DNA of 64,000 nucleotides from an uncultured Melioribacteraceae bacterium (GCA_964437215.1 CAYTFZ010000004.1:9077-73076), one strand, 5' to 3'; positions 1 to 9,351 are shown, numbered from the stretch's first letter. The notes: a model not told the origin generated them from the letters alone. Made by a program: numbers and translations.

Positions 1-339
1 GTTGAAATATGGAATATCAATCGAACAAATTAAAAAGGCAAGCGAATACATTACCGATAAATAAATAACAAGCACTTTATCGATTGCAGGAAATCCTCGT
101 TTAAAAAATGAAAGTGCAGTCATTATTAAAAAGGGAAGAATTAAAATATATCCCGAAATTACAGTATCAAAACGAAATCCCATAAAAAAAGCCTGCAAAG
201 CAAGAGATAATTTCTCGTTACCCGCACTGATAAATTTTTCATATTCTGTAAGAAATAAAATGATTCTGAAAATAGTGAAAACCAGCAGCCCGGATAAATA
301 AACTTTTAATATTTTTTGGATATGATTGTAAGAATTCAA
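1..339 (-). CDS. Partial membrane protein (5' end only, runs off the left edge). The N-terminal polytopic domain resembles LTA-synthase/sulfatase-family (LtaS/MdoB-like) proteins.
   Basis: My own minus-strand translation; absent from the ORF track because it is open at the window edge: NSYNHIQKILKVYLSGLLVFTIFRIILFLTEYEKFISAGNEKLSLALQAFFMGFRFDTVISGYILILPFLIMTALSFFKRGFPAIDKVLVIYLSVMYSLAFLICSIDIPYFN. It has several hydrophobic helices and a GFRFD motif as seen in LtaS-family N-termini. There is no in-frame ATG, so the start is tentatively TTG at 339..337. Confidence 0.4.
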   Translation of the reverse strand, partial: MNSYNHIQKILKVYLSGLLVFTIFRIILFLTEYEKFISAGNEKLSLALQAFFMGFRFDTVISGYILILPFLIMTALSFFKRGFPAIDKVLVIYLSVMYSLAFLICSIDIPYFN

Positions 340-393
340 GATTTTAATAATAAACTTCCTTAATTTAAAAACGATAACAAAAATTATTATTTT

Positions 394-1008
394 TTGAAAA
401 AAAAACAAACCCCGAAAAAAATGAAATTAGTTCAGAAAGTAGTTAATTATGCAGTATTTAAATTTAAAAAACATATATTTAACGTTAATACAATTATCGA
501 AGCCGAGTTCGATTTAACAAAATCCATAAGAGAAATTGACCCTTTAATAAAAATAAATTCCGAAAAGATTTCGGAAAAACATCTGGAAAGATTATCTGCC
601 AGCCTGCCGCAGAATAAAATAGAAAAGATGAAAGACCGGCTTAACAAGGATTTTTACGGTATTGCGCTTGTAACTGAATCGGGAGAAATTACTTCGTACG
701 GATGGATTACTTTTAAAGATGATAACGATTCTTCTACCGGGATATTAATGAAGGCAACATCCGAAACAGCAATACTAATTGATGCTTTTACCTTTCCGGA
801 ATTCAGAGGCAAAAAACTGCAATCTTATTTAACGGCAAAACGTTTGGAGTTATTAAAAAGTATGAATTATAAAAAATGCATTGCAGCATATCTTAAAAAT
901 AACCTCTTTTCCAGAAAAAATTTCATTTCGGCTGGTTTTACAGAGACATTCAAATGGACAGTAATAAATTTTTCTGGTTATAAAAAGGCAATAAAACATA
1001 AAATTTAA
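394..1008 (+). CDS. GNAT-family acyl/acetyltransferase, small paralog 1
   Basis: The C-terminal half has a GNAT core: AFTFPEFRGKKLQSYLTAKRLELLKSMNYKKCIAAYLKNNLFSRKNFISAGF. It is a paralog of the 3323..3898 product, sharing the FTFPEFR(G/N)(K/R)G motif. The track start is TTG at 394; ATG at 421 (MKLVQK) is an alternative. Confidence 0.6.
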   Translation: MKKKQTPKKMKLVQKVVNYAVFKFKKHIFNVNTIIEAEFDLTKSIREIDPLIKINSEKISEKHLERLSASLPQNKIEKMKDRLNKDFYGIALVTESGEITSYGWITFKDDNDSSTGILMKATSETAILIDAFTFPEFRGKKLQSYLTAKRLELLKSMNYKKCIAAYLKNNLFSRKNFISAGFTETFKWTVINFSGYKKAIKHKI

Positions 1009-1067
1009 GATTAAAAATATTTTATTAGAACTTCATTTCATAAATTTCCGTAAACCGTTTATTTTTT

Positions 1068-2204
1068 TTGGAAAACAATTTGCTCAGCAAAATAATTACA
1101 CTATTAATTCACCTTCGAAGAGACTTAAAAGAAATACCAGAAATTTTAAGTTTTGCAAAAAAAACATCCAGCAGTTATAAAAACTCTTTTATACTTAATA
1201 TTTTCAGATCTCTTTGGCTGAAATACAAACATAATTTTTCACCTAAGGAATACTTCTATCATGGTTATCTTGATCCCAAAAATTTCAAGGATAAAAAAAA
1301 GGAATTTATCAGTCGTAAAAAACTTTCGGAGATGCAGTTGAAAGTCAACCCTGCCGGGTACAAACTTTTAACTGAAGACAAATCGTATTTTCATAAATTT
1401 TGTAAATCGGCAAATCTGCCGGTTCCGGTATTTTACGGGGTTTACCTGCGTCAGTTTTACGGAACAGACGAATCCGGCAAAATATTGAAGGGAGAAAAAA
1501 AATGGCAGGAATATTTTTCAGAAAAAGTAAATGGCGGTTTTGTAATTAAACCTTCAAAAGGCGTTTACGGAAAAAGTATTTCGACTTTTACAAATACAAA
1601 CGGAGTTCTTAAAGACATTAATGGAAATACAATATCAGCTGGAAATATTTTGGATTTGATGAATTCGGATGGGAAGTATAATAGTTTTATAATAGAAAAA
1701 AGACTCGTAGCTTGTAAAGAATTGTCTGAAATGCTTGGGTCGGATAATCTTCACACTTTAAGATTAATTACGTTTGCAAACTCGGCTGATGATGCGGAGG
1801 TTCTGTCGGCTGAGCTTAAAATTATAAATGGCAATAATTTTGCTGCAAATATTGATTTCGGCTCAACCGGAAATTTGATTTCGCAAGTGGATTTAAATTC
1901 AGGCGTACTTGTAAACTTAATTATGTGCAATCGGGAAAGCGGGCAAAATATTTTTTTAGATAAAATTCCTGCCACCGGGTTGAATATTACTGAAGTATTT
2001 ATCCCTCAATTTAATGAAGCAAAAAAAATGGCACTGAATGCAGCAAAAATATTTCTGCCCATAAGGTTTATCGGCTGGGACATTGCTGTTACAGACGATG
2101 GAGTTTTTTTGCTTGAAGGAAATATGTATTTCGATTTTCCTACAAGCGAAGATGAATATAAGAAAATAAGAAAAAAATTTACGGAAATATTAACCCGATT
2201 ATAA
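1068..2204 (+). CDS. ATP-grasp amidoligase, sugar-transfer-associated ATP-grasp type (ATPgrasp_ST-like), paralog A
   Basis: Motifs: GFVIKPSKGVYGKSI (ATP-grasp central strand), FIIEKRLVACKEL, LHTLRLITF, GWDIAVTDDGVFLLEGN (C-terminal catalytic strand). Clear paralog of the next gene. TTG start. Confidence 0.7.
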   Translation: MENNLLSKIITLLIHLRRDLKEIPEILSFAKKTSSSYKNSFILNIFRSLWLKYKHNFSPKEYFYHGYLDPKNFKDKKKEFISRKKLSEMQLKVNPAGYKLLTEDKSYFHKFCKSANLPVPVFYGVYLRQFYGTDESGKILKGEKKWQEYFSEKVNGGFVIKPSKGVYGKSISTFTNTNGVLKDINGNTISAGNILDLMNSDGKYNSFIIEKRLVACKELSEMLGSDNLHTLRLITFANSADDAEVLSAELKIINGNNFAANIDFGSTGNLISQVDLNSGVLVNLIMCNRESGQNIFLDKIPATGLNITEVFIPQFNEAKKMALNAAKIFLPIRFIGWDIAVTDDGVFLLEGNMYFDFPTSEDEYKKIRKKFTEILTRL

Positions 2205-2207
2205 TAA

Positions 2208-3326
2208 ATGAGTATTGCTAAGATAATTTTGAAGTTAAGACATTTAAAACGCGATTGCGGATATGTTTCCCAGTTGATTAAACTTTCTTTTTCCGAAAGC
2301 ACTAATTACTTGAATCCGCCGCATAGAATATTTTTTCATGGTGTAAAATTGCTTTTAAAATATCGTTTTACTCCTTATTTTTCAAAAGATCTCGGCATTC
2401 TCAATCCTTCAACTGAAATATCTGTTATCGAACAACTAATCAGCCGCGAAAGATTTTCCGAAATCCAGCTTAAAATCAATCCTCTTGAATTTACACCGCT
2501 TACCGAAAATAAAGGTCTGTTTTATCATTTTTGCCGCTTGAATAAAATTCCTCATCCGGAAGTTTATGCAGAATATTTTAAAGATTCATTCGGATTTATT
2601 AAAGATTTTAACGGACTGCCAAATGAAACCGATTGGGTTGAATGGTTTGAAAATAAAAGTCCCAACGAAATTGTTATTAAACCTCATCTGGGTGTTTACG
2701 GGCATGGAATTCTTCCGGTAAAAAGGTTAAAAAACAAACTTTACGATTTTTCCGGAAAGGAAATGTTGCCAGATACAATAATTGATTTTATAAAAAACAA
2801 TAAAGAATTTAACAGTTTTTTAATTCAGGAAAGATTGAAAGCCCATAAAAGTCTGAAAATATTAACCGGGAACGAAAATATTTCATCTGTTCGAATAGTA
2901 ACCTTAATTGAAAAAAATGATGATGTGAAAATATTATATGCAGCCGTAAAACTTGTATCTGGCAAAAATTTTATAGATAACCACGAAAGAGGTTCTACCG
3001 GAAATGTTATTGCTTTGCTTGATATTTCGAACGGAGAAATCCAGACTGCATTTTGCGCGGCCGATAAACTTGGCAAAGCGGGCGAAGTGAATCTTCATCC
3101 AATAAGCGGAAAAGAGATTATCGGGTTCAGAATACCGATGTGGAGCGATCTTGTAAATACAGTGAAATTTGCCGCGTTAAAATTTAAACCTTTACGCACT
3201 GCAGGCTGGGATGCAGCTGTGACTGATGACGGAATCAAAATTTTAGAAGCAAATGCATTGTTCGATCCGCCGAATTTTTTCAGTAAAGGACGGATTATTG
3301 AAAAAGAATTGTTGGAAAAACAATGA
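2208..3326 (+). CDS. ATP-grasp amidoligase, sugar-transfer-associated ATP-grasp type, paralog B
   Basis: Motifs: IVIKPHLGVYGHGI, FLIQERLKAHKSL, SVRIVTL, GWDAAVTDDGIKILEANALFD. Collinear with paralog A. The start lies 3 nt after the upstream stop. Confidence 0.7.
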   Translation: MSIAKIILKLRHLKRDCGYVSQLIKLSFSESTNYLNPPHRIFFHGVKLLLKYRFTPYFSKDLGILNPSTEISVIEQLISRERFSEIQLKINPLEFTPLTENKGLFYHFCRLNKIPHPEVYAEYFKDSFGFIKDFNGLPNETDWVEWFENKSPNEIVIKPHLGVYGHGILPVKRLKNKLYDFSGKEMLPDTIIDFIKNNKEFNSFLIQERLKAHKSLKILTGNENISSVRIVTLIEKNDDVKILYAAVKLVSGKNFIDNHERGSTGNVIALLDISNGEIQTAFCAADKLGKAGEVNLHPISGKEIIGFRIPMWSDLVNTVKFAALKFKPLRTAGWDAAVTDDGIKILEANALFDPPNFFSKGRIIEKELLEKQ

Positions 3327-3898
3327 TAAGTAAAATTATTAATGCGCTTATTTTTTTGTTTACGAAATATATTTATTTCCAAAAGTACTTTACTGTAGGG
3401 GTTCTTAACCTTAATTCGATTTTTACAGATAAAGATTTTACAGACAACTTTGAAATCGAAGAGTTGGATTTTAAAGATAAACTCGGTTTAAGTATGCCCG
3501 ATGAAAAATTCGTTCAAAAATATTACACTCGCTGTAAAAGAAATATGAAATGTTATATTTGCAAAGTTAATGGTAAAATTGCGGGTATATCCTGGATTTC
3601 TTTTTCAAGAAAATTTAACGAAGGCGTAAAAATAAATATGCGTTCAAAAGATGCTTTACTTTTGGAATCATTTACATTTCCTGAATTCAGAAACCGGGGA
3701 ATTCAGAAAGCGCTTATTCAAAAAAGACTTTTATGGCTTAAGCGTAACAATTTTGAACGAGTATTTGTAATTTACGAGCCGGATAATATTTATTCCGAAA
3801 GAGCACTGATGCGTAATGGTTTTACAGTTTATAAAAGATTAAAAGTTTTTAGAATTATAGGTTTCTATTTCCAAAAAAATGCAAAGCTGCGAAAATGA
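3323..3898 (+). CDS. GNAT-family acyl/acetyltransferase, small paralog 2
   Basis: GNAT core ESFTFPEFRNRGIQKALIQKRLLWLKRNNFERVFVIYEPDNIYSERALMRNGF. ATGA start/stop overlap with the upstream ATP-grasp gene. Confidence 0.6.
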   Translation: MISKIINALIFLFTKYIYFQKYFTVGVLNLNSIFTDKDFTDNFEIEELDFKDKLGLSMPDEKFVQKYYTRCKRNMKCYICKVNGKIAGISWISFSRKFNEGVKINMRSKDALLLESFTFPEFRNRGIQKALIQKRLLWLKRNNFERVFVIYEPDNIYSERALMRNGFTVYKRLKVFRIIGFYFQKNAKLRK

Positions 3899-4992
3899 TA
3901 AAAATTAAAAGAGTTGACAATTTTACGGATTTTATAGAGTTAGAAAAATTATGGGAAGATTTGCTTGAAGAATGTTTGGATAAGCACATTCAGCTATCGT
4001 TTGACTGGTGCAGGACATGGATGGAAATTTTTGGAAAAAAAACGGAATTATTTGTACTTATTGCCGAAAACGATGATGAAATTTTAGGGATTGCTCCGCT
4101 GACAATTTTAAAAAATGGTACATTTTTCAGAAATTCCTTAAAATACCGGCAAGTTGTTTTTATCGGCACAGGTTTTACCGACCGTTCTGATTTTATAATA
4201 AAAAAACATAATGAAGAAATAGTAAGAGAATTCTTCAATTACATTTATCAAAACATAAATTTGTGGGATGAATTAGACTTAAGACAGATTAATACATTGT
4301 CATCAAATTTCGAACTGGTAAAAAAGTATTCGCAAAGCAATCTGATTAACGAGTATAAATTTTTCAAAGTAATTAACACGCCTTATCTGCCAATTGAAGG
4401 CGATTTTGAAACCTACTTAAGCGGACGCGCTAAACTATTCCGAAAACAATTACGGATGTACACAAACAATCTAACCGAAGATGGCAAGACACTCGATTTT
4501 GAAGTAATAACAGAAGTAAAAGATGAGCATATCAATTTGATAATTGAAATGGCTGAATACAGAAAATCGCTTTTCGAACGCAGAAATATTTTTCTTGAAA
4601 AACAGAAGCTTGATTTCATAAAAAAAATGATACCGCTGTTTAACAAAAAAAACAGGATACTTCTTTTTTTTCTCAAATACGAAGGCAATTTGTTAAGTTA
4701 TGATTTTACTTTTAGTTACAATAAAACTGTTTATGATTGGAATACATCCTATAATCCAGACTTTAAAAAGTTTTCTGTCGGCCGGCTTTTAAATAAATTT
4801 ATTATAGAGTATTGTTTTGCAAACGGTTACAAGGTTTATGATCTTATGGCGGGAGATGAAGAATATAAACTGAAATGGACAAAGGTTTTTAGCGAAAACT
4901 ATAATTTACGGGTAAGGAAAAAGAATATAAAATTTTCTGTAGCAAACTATTATGAAAGAGTTAAAAAAATGGTAAAGAAAACTAATGTTTAA
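3895..4992 (+). CDS. CelD/BioF2-like GNAT-fold protein (Acetyltransf_6 type, FemAB-related peptidyl/aminoacyl transferase fold)
   Basis: About 365 aa with the C-terminal signature YDLMAGDEEYKLKWT, characteristic of CelD-like/FemAB-related GNAT proteins. ATGA overlap with the upstream gene. Confidence 0.6.
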   Translation: MIKIKRVDNFTDFIELEKLWEDLLEECLDKHIQLSFDWCRTWMEIFGKKTELFVLIAENDDEILGIAPLTILKNGTFFRNSLKYRQVVFIGTGFTDRSDFIIKKHNEEIVREFFNYIYQNINLWDELDLRQINTLSSNFELVKKYSQSNLINEYKFFKVINTPYLPIEGDFETYLSGRAKLFRKQLRMYTNNLTEDGKTLDFEVITEVKDEHINLIIEMAEYRKSLFERRNIFLEKQKLDFIKKMIPLFNKKNRILLFFLKYEGNLLSYDFTFSYNKTVYDWNTSYNPDFKKFSVGRLLNKFIIEYCFANGYKVYDLMAGDEEYKLKWTKVFSENYNLRVRKKNIKFSVANYYERVKKMVKKTNV

Positions 4993-6460
4993 CGATCTTA
5001 AAAAGCTGTTGAATCAATCTTTTATTTACGGAATCAGCTCTGTAATAGAACCATTTATCAGATTTATAATGTTGCCGCTTTACACACGATATCTTACTCC
5101 TGAAGATTACGGGACACTGGCTCTTACCGGTGTTGTAGGAATGTTCCTTTCTTCTGTGATTGGGCTCGGAGTTTCTTCGGGAATGCTAAGGTTTTATTTT
5201 CAGTATAAAACTAAGGAAGAAAAGGATGAAGTTATAACTACGGTTATGATTTTTACAATTATATCTTCAGCTTTATATTTAACAGTACTTCTTGTAATAG
5301 AACCTTTTGTTTCAGGAGTTTTGTTTTCAATAGAAAATTCGGGTGTTTACTATAATCTTGTAATTGGGGGCACAGTACTTGAAATTGCAGCAACCCGGCT
5401 TTTTTCCGTTTTCAGAGCGGAAGAAAAAGTTAAAATATTTACAACATTTACAATTATATCATTAATAATACAATTTTTATTGAATATACTTTTTGTAGTT
5501 GTTTTTGAGCGCGGTGTTAGAGGAATACTTGAGGCTACAATTATTTCTACAATATTCAGCATATTATTACTTATGCCTTCAGCAATTAAAGGCAAAAAAA
5601 TGCGATTTTCTAAAACCAAACTAAAAGAAATCATTTCATTCAGTACTCCTCTTGTACCAGCAGCAATTTCGCATATTGTACTAAATCTTTCAAACAGGTA
5701 TTTCCTCGATTATTTTATATCGAAACGCGGAGTAGGAATTTTCCAGCTCGGAGTAGGAATATCCAATGTCCTTTCAATTGTAATAACAAAGCCATTTAAA
5801 ATTGCCTGGCCCCCTTATATGTACAGCGTTTCCGATAGACCTAATGCAAAAGATATTTACAGAAATGTGCTTGTTTACTATTCTTTTTTAGCATTTTGGG
5901 CAGCAATGGCAATTTCGGTAGCCGCAAAGGAAACCCTTGTAATTTTAACAACTCCGCCATTTTATTCTGCCTATAAAGTTGTTCCTTTGCTTGTTGTTTC
6001 GCTGGTTCTGTTCGGGATGATGGGAATTCTTGTAGCAGGAATTCATCTTACAAAAAAAACAAAATACGTATCATATATTTTTATGGTTGCAGCAATTCTA
6101 AATCTTGTGCTCAATTATTTCTTAATACCTTTTGCAGGAATTCAGGGTGCGGCTCTTGCAACCGTAATAACATTTCTATTTATGAATATTAGCTACTTTG
6201 TGTATTCCCAAAGACTTTATCCAATAAATCACGATTTTAAAAGGATGGCAATAATTGTGTTCGTTTCATCAGCTTTGTTCCTTTTTTCGAACTTTGTTAT
6301 AACAGCTGATAATTTATTTCTAACCATTCCATTAAAAGGTCTGATTATAATTTCTTTCCCGTTTGTTTTATGGCTTGCAGGTTTTTTTAATCCAAACGAA
6401 AAGGACAGAATAATATATATGTCAAAGCTCATTTATAATAAACTGACAAGAAAAAAATAA
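4985..6460 (+). CDS. Oligosaccharide/polysaccharide flippase (Wzx-like, MOP superfamily)
   Basis: 491 aa, about 12-14 predicted hydrophobic helices. The N-terminus SFIYGISSVIEPFIRFIMLPLYTRYLTPEDYG is typical of Polysacc_synt flippases. 8-nt overlap with the upstream gene. Confidence 0.75.
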   Translation: MFNDLKKLLNQSFIYGISSVIEPFIRFIMLPLYTRYLTPEDYGTLALTGVVGMFLSSVIGLGVSSGMLRFYFQYKTKEEKDEVITTVMIFTIISSALYLTVLLVIEPFVSGVLFSIENSGVYYNLVIGGTVLEIAATRLFSVFRAEEKVKIFTTFTIISLIIQFLLNILFVVVFERGVRGILEATIISTIFSILLLMPSAIKGKKMRFSKTKLKEIISFSTPLVPAAISHIVLNLSNRYFLDYFISKRGVGIFQLGVGISNVLSIVITKPFKIAWPPYMYSVSDRPNAKDIYRNVLVYYSFLAFWAAMAISVAAKETLVILTTPPFYSAYKVVPLLVVSLVLFGMMGILVAGIHLTKKTKYVSYIFMVAAILNLVLNYFLIPFAGIQGAALATVITFLFMNISYFVYSQRLYPINHDFKRMAIIVFVSSALFLFSNFVITADNLFLTIPLKGLIIISFPFVLWLAGFFNPNEKDRIIYMSKLIYNKLTRKK

Positions 6461-6537
6461 AACGGTTGTGTTTGAATTATTTCTGCATATTTTCTTATAT
6501 TTTGCATTCTTTTTTAACTTTTATGGAATAATTATAA

Positions 6538-7404
6538 ATGATACATCGTGTTGCCAGATTGTTTGATAAGGTTCAGAATGATGCGGAAGTTGCAAAATGG
6601 ATAAGGGTCTTTTCGCGCACCGACAGAAATTTTGCTGTAATTAAAATAAGCGGAGCTTCACTTTTTCAGTATCCTAATGAAATATGCGAGGATCTTGCTA
6701 TTTTATCAAAACTCGATTTGCACGTTCCCGTAGTTTACGGATGGGGAAATGCTCTTACAAAAAAACTTGAACTTGCTGGACAAAAAACACTTATGCACCA
6801 CACCGGAGTCCGCGTAACGCGCAAAAGCGATCTTTCTTTTATGGAAGAAGTAGCACATGAGCATGGAATGATGATTGTCGAGGGACTTAATGAAAGGGGT
6901 ATTCCTGCAGAAGTTGCTTTTGACATTTTTAAAGCTGAAAGAAAGATTCTTGACGGAATCGATTTTGAGCATTTTACAGGCGATATTAAGTGTGTTGATA
7001 CTGATAAACTCAAGGAATATCTCCGTAAAGGAATTATTCCGGTTATTCCGCCGATTGGCAGAAATGAAGAAGGACAAATATTTAATATTAATGCAGATAC
7101 TGCTGCCAAAGCAATTGTTCTCGATCTTATTCCTCAGAAATATATTCTTTTAACAAATACTCGCGGTGTGCTTGATAAAAGCGGCGAATTAATATCCCAG
7201 ATTTCAATTTCTGCCGATTATTTAAATCTTGTTGAACAAGGGATAATTAATGAAGGAATGAAATTGAAAATTGACGAAGCGAAAGAAATAATAGAAGGAA
7301 TGGCGCACCTCGAAGAAGATATAGCTGTTCAGATTGCCAACCCCGAAAACATTTTAAGCGAACTTTTTACAGATGGTGGAAAAGGAACTTTTGTTAAGAA
7401 GTAA
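6538..7404 (+). CDS. Amino-acid kinase family protein, acetylglutamate-kinase-like (resembles the AAK domain of NAGS/K-type enzymes)
   Basis: Motifs: FAVIKISGASL (nucleotide-binding N-terminal strand), NINADTAAKAIV (ArgB-type NxNAD motif), ELFTDGGKGTFV at the C-terminus. Confidence 0.6.
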   Translation: MIHRVARLFDKVQNDAEVAKWIRVFSRTDRNFAVIKISGASLFQYPNEICEDLAILSKLDLHVPVVYGWGNALTKKLELAGQKTLMHHTGVRVTRKSDLSFMEEVAHEHGMMIVEGLNERGIPAEVAFDIFKAERKILDGIDFEHFTGDIKCVDTDKLKEYLRKGIIPVIPPIGRNEEGQIFNINADTAAKAIVLDLIPQKYILLTNTRGVLDKSGELISQISISADYLNLVEQGIINEGMKLKIDEAKEIIEGMAHLEEDIAVQIANPENILSELFTDGGKGTFVKK

Positions 7405-7480
7405 GGGGTTAAGAATTTATTTAAAAAAATATCCGTTTATAAAAAATTAGCTTGTACGATGCAAAAGTTTGTTAAAAACT

Positions 7481-8923
7481 TTAATCCTCATTTATAATTT
7501 TCTGCATCCTGAATGCGCGAGGATACTGGCTTTTCAAACCTTCTTTAGTATTTACGGCAGTTCCAATAATATTTCCGTTATGTTTTATTACTTTTTGCCC
7601 TGTTTCTCCGAAATCTTTCTTAATTATTCCGCCGTTCAAATAAATTTCCATATGGTTTAAATCTTCAAGCTCAATAATATTTTTTGTTATATTTTTATTT
7701 AGAATCTGTGCTCCAAGAGTATGCAGCCTTAAAGTTTTGCGCTTGTCAACCGAACCGAACTTTGAGCCGATGCGAAGAAAAATATCCTGCCCGTCATATT
7801 CCCAATCATTGTTCACAAAATAAAAATCCTCCGATTTTATAAGATATTTGTAATCTTGTAAAACCGTTTTTTTAATTCCGTACCATTCAGCCAGCTCATA
7901 TAAATATCCCGAAATTTTCCTGTTATCAGCTTCAGCAAAAAATAATTTTTCTTTTTTTGCAGGAAATGGTTTTACCGGTTCGGTTTTCCCGGTTTTTCTT
8001 AATTTAGCAACAAAAAATCCTTCCGAATCAATTTCCCAGGGAATTATCCTGCGTGCTTTTGAAATTGATTCATCAAACCTTATCCCACTAAACTCTTTAT
8101 AAGTATCAGATGATTTTACCGGAAGATTTATTTCGAGCATTTCTACAGGATACTTATTCAAAATTTTATTAAGCACAAGCTCGTTTTCTTCAATTGTTAG
8201 CGTGCATGTGGAATAAACAATTTCGCCGCCGGGTTTCAGCATTTTTATAGCGGAAACTAAAAGTTTATGCTGAATTTCGGAAAGCGCCGCTGCGTGGTTT
8301 TCTGTCCACCAGTTATTTACCTCGCCCTTTTTATGCATAATTCCCAAAGCGCTGCAGGGGGCATCTACTAAAATTTTATCAAACCATTCGTGAAAATAAG
8401 AACCGAGTTGTTCCCCTTTTCCTAAAATAATAGCGGCATTAGTAAAATTCATTTTGTCAATATTGAATACAAGACTTTTTACGCGCGCGTTGCTTTGTTC
8501 ATTCAATATTAAAGTTCCTTTATTCTGCATCATTCCAGCAATCTGCGTGGATTTTGAACCCGGTGCTGCACATAAATCCAGAACTCTTTCGCCTTCCTTA
8601 GGATTTAAAACAAGCGGTGGAATCATTGAGGACAAACTTTGAATGTAATATTTTCCGAAAGAATAACTCAGTGTTTTCCCGATTTTATCGTATCCCGATA
8701 ATACATAATATGCCAAAGGAATACTTTTAACTGGTTCTAATTCAATACCGTAATTTTTCAATTCTTCAATAATTCTTTCGGTTTCTTCTTCGGAGCTTAT
8801 TCTGATGCAGGTTTTTACCGAAGGATTTTTATAATATGCGCCATACTTTTCTAGATATCCGTTTCCGAAATTTTTCAGAATATAGCTTGCAATATTTTCG
8901 CTTATTTCAATTTTCTGTATCAT
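7481..8923 (-). CDS. RsmB/RsmF (NOL1/NOP2/Sun) family rRNA cytosine-C5 methyltransferase
   Basis: Motifs: VLDLCAAPGSKSTQIA (SAM binding), DKILVDAPCSALG and YSTCTL (the two catalytic Cys motifs). Its 480-aa length with a C-terminal extension resembles RsmF. Confidence 0.8.
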   Translation of the reverse strand: MIQKIEISENIASYILKNFGNGYLEKYGAYYKNPSVKTCIRISSEEETERIIEELKNYGIELEPVKSIPLAYYVLSGYDKIGKTLSYSFGKYYIQSLSSMIPPLVLNPKEGERVLDLCAAPGSKSTQIAGMMQNKGTLILNEQSNARVKSLVFNIDKMNFTNAAIILGKGEQLGSYFHEWFDKILVDAPCSALGIMHKKGEVNNWWTENHAAALSEIQHKLLVSAIKMLKPGGEIVYSTCTLTIEENELVLNKILNKYPVEMLEINLPVKSSDTYKEFSGIRFDESISKARRIIPWEIDSEGFFVAKLRKTGKTEPVKPFPAKKEKLFFAEADNRKISGYLYELAEWYGIKKTVLQDYKYLIKSEDFYFVNNDWEYDGQDIFLRIGSKFGSVDKRKTLRLHTLGAQILNKNITKNIIELEDLNHMEIYLNGGIIKKDFGETGQKVIKHNGNIIGTAVNTKEGLKSQYPRAFRMQKIINED

Positions 8924-9351
8924 TAATACCGGTGAAGAAATAGTGAATTAAAAATTGTATTTGCCGCTTCAAAAAAGTTCTTCTTTTCAGGAAATTCGTT
9001 TCTGAATGATTTAATTATTTCTCCCAGAAGCCCGTCCAGATATTTTTCGTATTGTTTCACTGTCCTTTCCAAATCCTTTTTTTCCGCAGGAATTATTAGT
9101 TTTGAAGGCATTGTTCTGTTTGAATAAAGAATATATTTTGCCTGAAGAATGTCGTCTGCCTGAAAAACTTTTTCGCCTTGCATATCAACCAGTTCGTAAC
9201 TCCCGAAAAGTTCGGAGCCTAAAACTAAAGCCTTTGCCGGCAGGTTAATTTCAATAAAATTATTCGAAATTAAAAAATCTTCGGGAAATTTTTTTAGTTT
9301 TCCGTTGCGTAAATCGAATACCCAGTTTTGAATAAAATCTTTTTCAGTCAT
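8923..9351 (-). CDS. Hypothetical protein (142 aa), no recognisable domain
   Basis: Unbroken ORF in an operon position. Its stop overlaps the start of the methyltransferase gene by 1 nt, and it lies 14 nt downstream of lgt. Confidence 0.45.
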   Translation of the reverse strand: MTEKDFIQNWVFDLRNGKLKKFPEDFLISNNFIEINLPAKALVLGSELFGSYELVDMQGEKVFQADDILQAKYILYSNRTMPSKLIIPAEKKDLERTVKQYEKYLDGLLGEIIKSFRNEFPEKKNFFEAANTIFNSLFLHRY

